The position numbers and the translations under genes were made by a program. A DNA stretch of 64,000 nucleotides from Epiperipatus broadwayi (lineage: Eukaryota > Animalia > Onychophora): NCBI GenBank assembly GCA_028023455.1, contig JAQFVV010000007.1, positions 6,572,001 to 6,636,000 on the forward strand. The letters are read 5' to 3'. Below the pieces are notes generated by a model. That model was given only the letters and a program-made list of their open reading frames with translations, had not been told where the DNA came from and ran no database searches. Every line of letters starts with the position of its first letter. Within the stretch, counting starts at the first letter, position 1. Below, one piece after another: positions 14,320-25,380 of the stretch.

Positions 14320-14501
14320 TGCTTACAATAACTCCCCTCATATACACTTTAATGCAAATTTTTTAAAAATTATTCCTTTATTTGCCTGACAGTTTTGACT
14401 GTCCTGCAGTCTTCATCAGAGCTACAATATTGAATGATATAAACATATAATGATTACTTCATATACATATAAAAATATATATGGGGGAGTTATTGTAAGC
14501 A
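14320..14501. mobile_element. 182-bp TIR element (TG...CA, ATAT flanks) with an internal HHR relic
   Basis: TIR tgcttacaataactcccc / ggggagttattgtaagca, with atat on both sides. Minus strand 14384-14423 reads CTGATGA a GACTG cagga CAGTC aaaa ctg tc. Confidence 0.8.
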
Positions 14502-15307
14502 ATATATATGAATATATGAAGAAATGCAAAGAAAGGAAAAGGAGAAAAATAATATTTTTTATTACTACAATAATTCACAAGTTAGATTCTCAAAAAATAA
14601 TTTAAACACTCTTGTAAATAACATCCATCTTTTCTGTTATATGATCATGTATTTTGTCATCTGGCAAAAACAGATTAGCATTGACATAAAAAAAAAGGTG
14701 GGCATTATTTACAAGTGTATTTAAATGAGTCTTTGAAAATGAACTTGTGAATTATCTTAGTAATGTTTTCAAATTTGTTAGTTCTGTAAATCAAGTTATA
14801 TTTTTAACATTACATATTTAATAAACTAAAATTACTTACATGTTTATTAAAATCATATATTGATGAATCAAGGTGCAGTATTGAAAAAGGATTAAAAAAG
14901 CATGAATTATTATATAGGCATGTAAAAAGTAAAAATAATAATGATTTAATATCTGCTTCAGTTTTCTTGGATCATGAAAGACCATGTAAATATAAATTTA
15001 AGTTTGAAATTGAAAATGTATGATTCTTCAGGAAGAGAGAAACCATAATAAATGAAAAATTGAGGAGGCAATTTTAATAAATAGTAATAAAATAAATATA
15101 ATTAATAGACAAGCTGCTAACATTAAAATTTGGTATTCATAGGATTTGAGTTGATGACATTTGCTTCTGTTTTTGTAAAATTTTGGATTTAATGGCAGTT
15201 GGGGCAGGTTAAGAAATTAATGGGAAATACTTCTATGGTTTAAAAGACTGTATATAATAGTTAATTATCATTATATATATTATTTTTATTATTATATATA
15301 TATATAT

Positions 15308-17565
15308 TGTAACGATCCGGAGAATGAGACTTACCGTAATCTGCACTACGGGGCGCCATCTAGGCATTTGAACCTAGAAAAATTTATAAAGTAGGCAGAT
15401 ACGTAAGTCAAAAAAAAAAAAAATTTTTTTTTTTCCTTTTTTTTTTTTTTGATTCCGGTCGTTAGCCCATGTCACTAGCTCAGTGGAATAGCAGAGATTT
15501 AATAATATCATTTACTAGGATATAAAAGAATAAAGTAAGCCACTGCCAGTAATTCACATACAAACATTTATTTATGCACATATATATAAGGTTTAAAATT
15601 ACTTTAGTGATTTACATTTAATTTAACATTTAACATTATTTTTTTTTACTTTGATTTTACTTTAATTTACATTGCATTACTATTATATTATAAATTTACA
15701 TTTTTAATCAAGTTCGCACAGATGGGATTATATTAACCTGTTTAATATGTTGCTATAGATCGGTTACATAGATTTCAACGGTCAAAAACATTTCAAAGTA
15801 AACATAAACGATCAAAATACAAAGTTATTGATTACTGACAATTGCAGAGGGAAATATAAGAAACCCTCTAGTATTCATCGTAAGATACCTGCATCGTCAC
15901 CAATAACTTAAAAGACATCCGAATAAATACCTTTTAGATACTCACCGTAAGGTATCAGTATTTGTCGAATGTCTATATATTTTGATCAAATATGAAAACG
16001 CAAACATATTTAACCGATAGCCAATCTATGCAAGCGTCTATAAACAACTTAAATTTAATAGTTTTATAGGCTCGAGCCTGAATATACTATATAGATTTGC
16101 ATTCGAAAATAAAATATTCTATCCCTATTTAACCCTAGGCAACACATTTCGCAATCAACCGGCGCCAATCCATCTGATACATTCATGTATTCAATGTAGC
16201 ATGATACGACAACACAATTATATTGTCAGGAATGTACATCTGAACAATATGAAGAAAGAAAAACGACATTGACTCTCCACCCACAGGAATGTGACATCTG
16301 TGGGCAAGTAGATCAATAAACTAAAAACTCCATAGGAATGGGCTGCGGTCTTCTGCCGACTTACAAACCCATCCATAGGCAAACAGAGGGTGTGTGGCGT
16401 ATTTTATAATCCTGCCCGTAGCGGATCTCATGCTACACCTACTAATTACATAAATATATCCAATCCATTGAACCAATTCAACCACGAAATGAACAACCCA
16501 AGATTACCCTCCCTTAATTATCTTTACAAATCGATACAGCCATTCACGCCCGACTCAAGTTTAACATTTTTTTATAATTTATTTAACGGAAAACAGAAAT
16601 CATAACAACTTAAAGAACAAAATTAAATAAATAAATAAATAAATGGAAATGATTTTACAAATTAAATACATTAAATAAAATTATAACCAATTAATAAATA
16701 TTGTTGGTCAGATAGAATAATATTAAAATCATTTTAAATATGAAAAGTTTTTAATTTACTGTTCATAAATTTTAAAGTTCTTACGGTTATTGAAATAGTT
16801 CATCCTATTATATTCCTGGCCGTTTAAACGTGAATTCCCACGTCGTCCGAAGATTAGTATCCGGTTGATTTATTTATTTATCCTTTGGAGATTTTGTTTT
16901 TCGTGTAGTTGGTCCTCATTGTATAAACGATGGCCCATTTTTTTCTCTTTCTTAGCAGAACTGAAGGGATTGAAGCTGTGCGTCTTTTTCAATCCCCCCA
17001 GCGCTAACACCTAGCTGTTACATCGTCAATAATCAATCAATTTCCAGTCACTCACTAACTATGCTTTCCAAAACTTGTCCTTTTTATATTTTTGTCAAAG
17101 GATTGAATTAACATTGCGTCATGGATGTAATGATCCTTTCGCTGAGGTCCGATTTCCCAAATGGATTTCTTTCATTGGCTAATCCGTTTCTATTGTTTTC
17201 TTTCTATCTGACTGAAGTTATTTCATTTAAATGCTCAAGGCTGGTTTACATTTAACTAATTAACAATCATTTCCATTTCTAATTAATTACCCTGTTTTCC
17301 AAATCAAAAATATATTTAAAGACAGATTTAGAGATATAATTTTATCTCCAAATCTTTTTAAAATTTAGTTTTAAAAATACCTTTTTCTTTAATAAAAATT
17401 TTATTTTAATAATTTTTATTATCTGTGCGACTTAATATATAAGAGTTTAAGACGATATTTTAATTTCAATTTTTAATTTTTAAAGAAAGTTTTTAAATGC
17501 GAACTTTTTATTTTAACTTGTTTAATAATTATATATAAAAAAACAATGTAACGAACGTCTGTGCA
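15308..17565. mobile_element. 2.26-kb TG...CA insertion in (TA)n with ATAT flanks; LTR-like or unclassified
   Basis: Starts tgtaacgatccgg, ends cgtctgtgca, with atat on both sides. Visibly richer in CpG than its flanks. No RT, integrase or transposase motif recognised. Confidence 0.55.
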
Positions 17566-18191
17566 ATATATATATATATATAACAATAAAAAAAATATAT
17601 ATATACACAGATATCTAGGTGGTACTCTATGTGATTTGGTCTGGAGGCAAAATAGTGGACTCTGGAGTTCAGGGTCCATGAACCATGGTTTCACTTTGTC
17701 ATCTCTATTGCTTAAAGTTCATATAAACTCCTGATCAATAAAATATTTTATTATTATTTTAATGATATACATATAATGTCTAGGTGCTCTGTAGTAATTC
17801 AGTATAGTGGTAAATTCAGAATCTCATAGTTAATGGGTCATGACCATACTGCATTACTTTCAGCAAGTTTATAAACTCCTAAGAAATAAACTGTTCAATT
17901 ACTTTTTTACAGTCAAGAACAGAAATTCCAAATAAAAATGTGAAAAAAATGCTGCCCTAATATCAAAAATCACTAAACATTGTTTAAAAACTACCATAAT
18001 AACATCAAAATTATGGAGTATGTAAATTTTTAATTTAACATTAAAATATATAAATGTAAAGAGTTTTCATTAGATAAAATTCAGTGACAATAAAAAAAGA
18101 AATAAATAATATAAAAATTAAAGAGTATAAAAACATACTCTACACAAATAATAATCTGTAAGTAATAAACAAAAAAAAAATTATTGTATTA

Positions 18192-18194
<3 letters not shown>

Positions 18195-18284
<90 letters not shown>

Positions 18285-18300
18285 CAACAACAACAACAAC
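18195..18300. repeat. Compound microsatellite (AAT)n(AAC)n
   Basis: Directly visible; explains the poly-Y/poly-C ORF 18140-18364. Confidence 0.95.
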
Positions 18301-18319
18301 ATTCTTCTAAGCATTTTAA

Positions 18320-18520
18320 ACCTGAAGAAGAGGGGAGAGTAATACCTCTCAAAATGTTGTGCATATACTAACCTGTTTGATGTGCTATTACTAACAGTTG
18401 AATGTATTTGAAATATTTAAATAAAGTTAAATTTTTCTAAAGACATTCAATACTCATATTAGATGATAGAAATAATCCAATGTATTAAAAATACAACTAG
18501 AACACCATCATCATAAACCT
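18320..18520 (+). mobile_element. Family C arm starting with a PLE-type HHR relic
   Basis: CTGAAGA agagg ggagagtaata cctct c aaaa tgttgtg at 18322-18360, then the same body as 7290-7470. Confidence 0.65.
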
Positions 18521-18934
18521 TCAGGAATCCATATAAATAATTTGTATTAGTGATTCATTAGATTATAGAGATTATCCACTTGATGAATAATGTTTTGGTA
18601 GTGCAATTTTTATTACCCCACACTCATGTGGGGTGGTGAAAATAACATTACAGAAATATTATTCATTAAGGGTATTATTCTATTGGAAAACAATATTTAT
18701 CATTTACACAGACATACATTCATTCTGCCTTATCAGGCAACTGAGAAGAAAAACCATAGACATTCCTGATCTTACTCAGAGGTAAAAAGCCAATAAACTT
18801 ACCATAGTGACTATTGCATGTTGGTGAGTGAATGGAGTAGACATCAGGAATTTTCCCTGCTCAGTTCCTTTAAGGCCTCCAAGAGGAATCAAAAGATCTC
18901 CTTTCAGTTAATAGCAAACTCCTTTCTGCAGACA

Positions 18935-19070
18935 GAAAGAGACCATATGTGAGATGGATGGATGAAATAAGAAAGTGTGCAGGGGTGATGTGGAGAAGAG
19001 AAGCTAAAGATCAGAGAATTGGAGAGCCCTTCATCCTGCAATGGATTGATAATGGTTGATGATGATGATA
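18935..19070 (+). mobile_element. RTE LINE 3' end with (GAT)n tail
   Basis: RPYVRWMDEIRKCAGVMWRREAKDQR followed by ggttgatgatgatgat. Homologous to the reverse complements of 27990-28285 and 60325-60722. Confidence 0.85.
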
Positions 19071-19289
19071 ATGTGTATTATTCCATACTTTCAAAAATAG
19101 ATGTTAGTTTGATTATCCAACAGTCTTCAACTCCTACACATTTTTTTTATTTATTTTATAAGTCCTCATGGAATAATAAAGTATTGTATTTGCATAATTT
19201 TTAAAAATGCATTGGAGTGACTTTTTCTATTAGTAAAGAAAAAAATATTTAATAGTTCTTCTATTATAATCAAATAACAATAGTACAGT

Positions 19290-19680
19290 TTGGTACCAAT
19301 GTGGGCTTTGAGCATTCTATCTTCAGATTTTCAATGAAATGGATGGCTGAAGAGTTGTGGGGTGGAGCGGTTTGAGCTTGTCCATTAAAGAATGAAGATT
19401 GGCTATCTTAATATAAGATGAGCTTTGATTGGGTATATGTGTGGAGATGATAATCTAGAACAACTGACGAGTGCTGGTTTAGCTCAAATATGCATATTGG
19501 TGATTATTTGTCTTTTCAACATGTGTGTGATCAAGTGTATCAATAGTATGAAATAGCATGGATAGTTGAGGTTCATGTGAAAGTCTGAGTTTAAGTCCCC
19601 TATATATTACATATCAGAGTGCAGGTATAAAAAGCCTATACCATAGAAAAAAAATCATTTATTAAATATAAATGCTTTTA
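19290..19680 (+). mobile_element. Repeat family B copy (first of a tandem pair)
   Basis: gataatctagaacaa CTGACGA gtgctggtttagctc aaa tatgcata ttggtgattatt (core 19464-19470). Confidence 0.85.
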
Positions 19681-19759
19681 AGGACTGTACGTAAATGGAT
19701 TATGTCTTGTACATGAGAACTCAGAGTGACTTATAGTCAACATGGTTAGGATGAGAAGG

Positions 19760-20115
19760 TTGGCACTAATGTGGGTTTTGAGCATTCCATCAGATTTTCA
19801 ATGAAATGGATGGCTGAAGAGTTGTGGGTGGAGTGGTTTGAAGCCTGTCCATTAAAGTATGAAGATTGGCTGATTGTGTATATGTGTGTGGAGATGAGAA
19901 TGTGGACCAACTTACGAGTGCTGGTTTGGCACGAAATATACATATTGGTGATTATTTGTCTTTTTGACATGTGTGTGATCAAGTGTATCAGTAGTATGGG
20001 ATAGCATGGGTAATTGAGGGTCGTGTGAAAGTCTGAGTTCAAGTGCCCTATATACTACATATCAGCGTGCAGGTATGAAAAAATCTGTACTGTAGGAAAA
20101 AATTCATGTGTAATA
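19760..20115 (+). mobile_element. Repeat family B copy (second of a tandem pair)
   Basis: ggaccaa cttacga GTGCT ggttt GGCAC GAAA tatacata TTGGT gattatt (19905-19957), then gtcgtgtgaaagtctgagttcaagtgccc. Confidence 0.85.
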
Positions 20116-20689
20116 AATGTAAATATAATATTTCTAAAAATATATATATAAATATTTAATATGAATTATTTTGTACGGATAATTTTAATTCTCCAATCAA
20201 TATTAAGTGCTCAAATATAATCGATTGTTCTATTTTTCTTTAAAGTTTTTTTTTGTTTTTATAGATCATAATTATAACATTCGTTTGTTTTATTTAAAAC
20301 TTTTTAAAAATTCTTTTAACTTTTAAAACACAAAGAATTAAGCAGTATATATTTTATAAAATTTATATGAGTAAAAACATCTCCCAATCCCAAGTTAAAA
20401 GAATTACGGAATGAATTTTCTTTCGTAGAATTTTTATAGAACGCACTTCAATTCCGAATGCGACTGAAACTAGACGCTATGCTCTCCCCTTCCCTTCTCC
20501 CACCTCTTCCCCCCCCCCCCCCAATTTCTCCACTAAAAGACGTCGAAAGGACAAGTCTTTAATACATTTAGTAATTTTTTTTTGAAAAATCTTATAATTC
20601 TAGACTTTTATAATTTTTAACCATAATGTTAAACGATTGAACCCAGCCTTTGTCTAAATGTTGGTGATGATGGAATTTTAGTAGTAATT

Positions 20690-21030
20690 ATATAAATGAC
20701 TTTTTTAGAAAATTTCAAGCTTTATTTAAACTTCTCAAATACATTTAGCTGTTAGTAATAGCGCACAGGTTAGTATATAATATTTCAAGTGAGATTTGTT
20801 TTCCTTTCTTTTAGTATTGCTGGCCTGACCAGTGACAGTAATAATATGCAAATCGAACTTGGACCTTTAGATCCATGAATATTGAATTTAAGGTAATATT
20901 ATAACCAACTAAGCTACTCCGTCAAAGACTAACTTGTCTGCTCTTACCAACAATTGAATGTATTTATAAAGTTTCAATTTTTCTAAAGACATTTAACAAT
21001 TAATACTAGATGAAAAACATTGCACGATCA
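20690..21030. mobile_element. Family C foldback with a tRNA-like insert in the centre
   Basis: 20700-20800 is a minus arm and 20925-21030 a plus arm. Minus strand gtagcttagttggtt...ggtccaagttcgatt lies between them. Confidence 0.55.
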
Positions 21031-21047
21031 TTTCATATGCTTACACG

Positions 21048-21345
21048 TTAATAAGAGTACCAAACTCTCCATGCAGTAGTGTCATCATGTGCAAGACTTT
21101 GAAGTCAAACGGATGCAAAAATGTTTGTGCATAAAATCACTATATAGTTCCTACTCAACTAACATCCCAGATTAGTTTCTAGCTTGTAGCTTTCATGAGT
21201 AAAGAGCCTTAGATTTGGAAGCATGGCACCTTGATCTTAGGATCTAGTGCAACTCTCCAGAAAACCACCTTGTAGCTATTTGGTTACCTATAAAACAAGG
21301 AACCCAAAATGAAAACACCATAGTGTTTCCAATCCAAGCTTATTT
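21048..21345 (-). mobile_element. Family A single arm
   Basis: Clear homology to 21502-21740 and 56275-56500. Confidence 0.8.
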
Positions 21346-21501
21346 GCTTGTATTGCCATATAGATCTGAACTTATTTCAGCATCTATACATTTTGGTGTC
21401 TTTGTTTTTTAAAAACCAGTCACCATTATCCTATGTGCAGGATATGTATACTACTCATCAACATATCACATCATCACCATTTCATATACTTGCACAGGCT
21501 G

Positions 21502-22014
21502 TTAATAACAGTACCAAACTCTCCATACAGTAGTGCCACTAAGTGCAAGCCTTTGAAATCAATGGATGCAGGAAGATTTGTACTTAAAATTCCTATCTAG
21601 GGACTACACAACAAATATACCCAGACTAGTTTCTAGCTTGTGGCTTTCATCAGTGAAGAGCCTTGGATTTGGAAGCACTGCACCTTGATCTTAGGATCTA
21701 ATGCAAACTCCAACAGCCACCTTTTACCTATTTGGTTAATTATGGTGCTTTCATCTTGGGCTCCTAGCTTCATAGTTAACCAAATAAATAATAGATGGCT
21801 GCTGGAGGGTTGCATTAGATCCTAAAATCAAGATGCAGTGCTTCCAAATTCAAAGCTCCTTACTGATGAAAGCCATAAGCTAGAAACTAATATGAAGATG
21901 TTGGTTGAGTAGGCACTAGACAGGGATTTTATGCAGAAACCTTCCTGCATCCATTGATTTTAAAGGCTTGAATTTGGTGTTACTACTGTATGGAGAGTTT
22001 GATACTTTTATTAA
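21502..22014. mobile_element. Family A foldback (two inverted arms of about 235 bp)
   Basis: ttaataacagtaccaaactctccatacagtag ... ctactgtatggagagtttgatacttttattaa. HHR-like motif in each arm (minus core 21647-21653; plus core near 21862). Confidence 0.9.
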
Positions 22015-22379
22015 TATTAGATAAAGGGAGTAGTCCAGAAAATAATTACATCTATCCTTATCTGTAAACTTATTAATAGACACTTAATTTGATGTAAAAG
22101 TTCCAAAATGAATTTGTGCATCCATTTTGTATTTTCTTCTTGTTTGATAATTTACATTTGAAGGTTTTCTTTTCAAACTGTAACCAACTTATGACTGCAA
22201 GTTTAAATAATCTTGAATTAAAACATTTTTATTTAGCCCCCCCCCCCCCAATATTAGCACAATTGCATTTAAAAATCAAGAAGATATTAAGAATTTTAAT
22301 TCTGCTTCAAATTTTTTGTTGATTCTCTAAAGACTAGAAAATATATGTTTTAAAAATAGTAGAAAGATGTTTTTTTGAA

Positions 22380-24560
22380 TTTGCTATTGTCAGATAATGG
22401 ATAGCCATTGTGTTATATTGAATGGAATAAACTTTTAAGTTCATTCTATTATTGTAAAAAACAAGCTTTCAGAAAAAGTGGTAAATATTAAAATAGCTAT
22501 ATTCTACTTTTAAAAAGAAATCCAAATTATATAGGTTCAGCTGCAATACATTTACTGCAAGTTGAAGAGAAATCTAAATCAATTTACTACAAAAAATTTG
22601 TGAGATTGACATTTCTATAAATAATTAATTTATCTAAGGTTATATTACTATGATGAAGTGTTCAACTTGATAAATATAGAAGTAATTTGCAGTTTGTATT
22701 TCAACTCATCACACAATACTAATTTTCTACCTTAACATATTCTAAGTAAATTCTAAAATATTTTAGAGTACTCACTTTCAATGCCATTTTGCAATTTTAT
22801 TCAGATCATATTTAAATGGCCTGTATGCCTATAATTTGATTGCAAATCATGCTGCAAATACTTCAAAATGAATAGTAAAAATGATATGTTTTCATTATTA
22901 TTAATAAATGGCAGGAGTTATCAGCAAAATATAAAGCTTAATGGTTCAAAAGTTAAATTGCAGAATTCAAATTGCACAAAATGGCAGCACTTGTTTAAAT
23001 TTTATGCATCAAGCTGAAATGATTGTAAAAGTATTTTTTTTTGTTTTCAGAATTTTTTTCAATCATTTGTTCTAGCTCTCATAAAATTCCTCTAAATAAA
23101 TTTCACAGCATGTTTAAAATTAATTTTTAATAATAAGTTTGTTCAAAAATAGTTTTATTTTGCCAAACACATTATTTAAGATGTAGATTACATTAATAAA
23201 AATTAAATTTTGCAAAGTTAACTTTAATTTAATTATGTTACTTGATCTCAGAAGGATTAAATAGAAGCTACCTACATTTTAAAACTGATTCATATTAAGT
23301 TGATAACTATCTTAGTCAAAAACCATTAAGATTATGTTTTCATCACTGAAAGTTCTTAAATACTAATCATTAAAATATTTTTTTTATAGATTGCATTCAA
23401 ACATTCTGTAGATTATTCTTTAAAATGGAGAAATAGTATATTAACCCAGAAGCTAAAAAAATGGAGTTCTTATTTTTGCTTTTAATCAGATCAAGTTAAA
23501 AATAATAGCGAACAAATCTACAACTATTTTTAGGGTTGCTTTATGAATTCATCTGAAAACTTATCTAAAGACCATGATCATAAATATAAAAAACAAAGTT
23601 GAATCTAATAAACACCATGTAAATTAACCTTCTTTTTCAAATGCCTTAGATAATCCATAATCAATCTGCTAATATTTAATTGAAGTCAAAGACAGGCAAA
23701 TCAATTTATTGATGATGATAATAATAAAATACATAAAAATATAAAGTTTACAATAGAAATAAAAACAACAATAAATACTTAGGCATTTCATCTAATAAAA
23801 AAATTTAAAATAGAGAAAGTAATGGAGGAGAAACAATAGAGCTGATGATATCTGCTATATTTTGTTTTAACAGCCCTTGTATATTTTGTACATAGTAGCT
23901 CAGGTTTGTTGATAAACTTTGATTACAATAGAATGCGTGTTGTTTATTAAATAGAAGATTACAGTATTTTTCATCCCATCCATATATATTTTGCAGCAGC
24001 TTATTTATATGCATATAATGCACACATATATATGCACAGCTTAAAAATAAAATTCCTTTGGAGTATAATGGTGTATATGAAATTCCATATGGAGTTTGTT
24101 TACAATCATACATTGGACAGACTTATTGCATAATAAACACTTTTTGGCAGTTAAAGAAAAATCCCATTAATCGACCATTTATTCACATATAAAATTAATT
24201 AACCATGAAATCAATTTTAATAGAACATATATTCTAACAACAATTGAACAATATGATCAGAGACTGTTAAGAGAAGCTATACAGATTTTTATAAGATCTA
24301 AGAGCAAAAATAAAAAGTGTGAATTAAAGAAAATGTACAATATTTGGAAAAAGCTATTGGAGAATAAAATATTTTATAAAACTTCTCAACCAATAGAATT
24401 TGAGAATGAGGAGAAAATAACAAAGGAAAAAATAATGATTTTAAATCTCGCATACATTATTATGATTTGAGAAAGAAGAAACTCTGAGGAAAGCACTTGT
24501 TATTGTACTGAAGCACCAGCTATTTAGCTTTTATATTTTTATTACACAGAAGCTTCTGGA
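22380..24560 (+). mobile_element. Highly decayed Penelope-like element (RT, GIY-YIG, HHR-like tail)
   Basis: Scattered motifs only: SDNG-AIVL (cf. ADKGNAIV), INGRSYQQ..L..GS (cf. FNNKYYKQ..GLAMGS), RLLREAIQI, and ctgagga aagcac ttgttatt gtact gaag at 24484. Confidence 0.4.
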
Positions 24561-25380
24561 AATAATACTATGAATTCATTTATCTGTAAGAATATTAGAA
24601 TCAACATTAAAATTATAGTGTAAACAAAATTAAAAAGTCGTAATACTGTAGTTATTAATAACAAATTGAAATGGTACATTTACTTATATGTTTACTGAGT
24701 GTGTATTTATTTATTCACGTTCATTCAAAGATCTTAATAAAGTAAAATAAATAGTGAAAATTTTAATTTCATCACAGTTAAATACATTCTGGGTGGCATT
24801 TTTTTACTTCATTGACTTTATTTATATATATATAAATGTAATATCAGTCTCATTATCAGAGTCTACACTCACCCTAGTTGTTTTGACGTTTTTAATTCTG
24901 TAGGTTCTTTATTTCATAAAACTTTTATCATTACACTTAGAAAACATTAATGTAGATCAAATTCTGAAAGAATAATATGGGGAAGCTTTTAATGTAAGTT
25001 TAAGAAACATTATTGAAAAACATGGCTGCATGCGATAGTTTGAAATGGAAAATGGTTACTGCTTTATTGTAAAATTTGTTAAATTTATGAATTTTAAAGT
25101 TTTGGTTTTTAAATATAATCACTTGTGGTGTTTCAATCTGGAATTCTGCTATATCATAAAGTTTATTAAATTTGCAGATATTAATGTCTTTGCTTGTTGA
25201 TTTGCATGTGTTTACAATTATGGTACTAAATTGTTTTTAAATCATGAAAATCATTGTTAAAAAAATTCGTATTTGAGAACATTATATTTACTAAAAAAAA
25301 ATTGGTTGTTATTATACTGAGATTTATAAAATATAATTTTCAATGTTTTTATTATTTTCTTGTTTTTATTTTTTTGTTTA

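Noticed and set aside
18140-18364. Poly-Cys/poly-Tyr ORF
   Set aside because: Translation artefact of the (AAT)n(AAC)n microsatellite.
19805-19855. Second HHR-like motif at the 5' end of family B (atgg ctgaaga gtt...gaag cctgt ccat)
   Set aside because: No GAAA, no clear stem II, and no UH triplet in register.
19746-20042. Overlapping ORFs on both strands
   Set aside because: They lie within non-coding repeat family B, and the frames are not kept in other copies.
21633-21825. Antiparallel ORFs with similar sequences
   Set aside because: A consequence of the family A inverted repeat.
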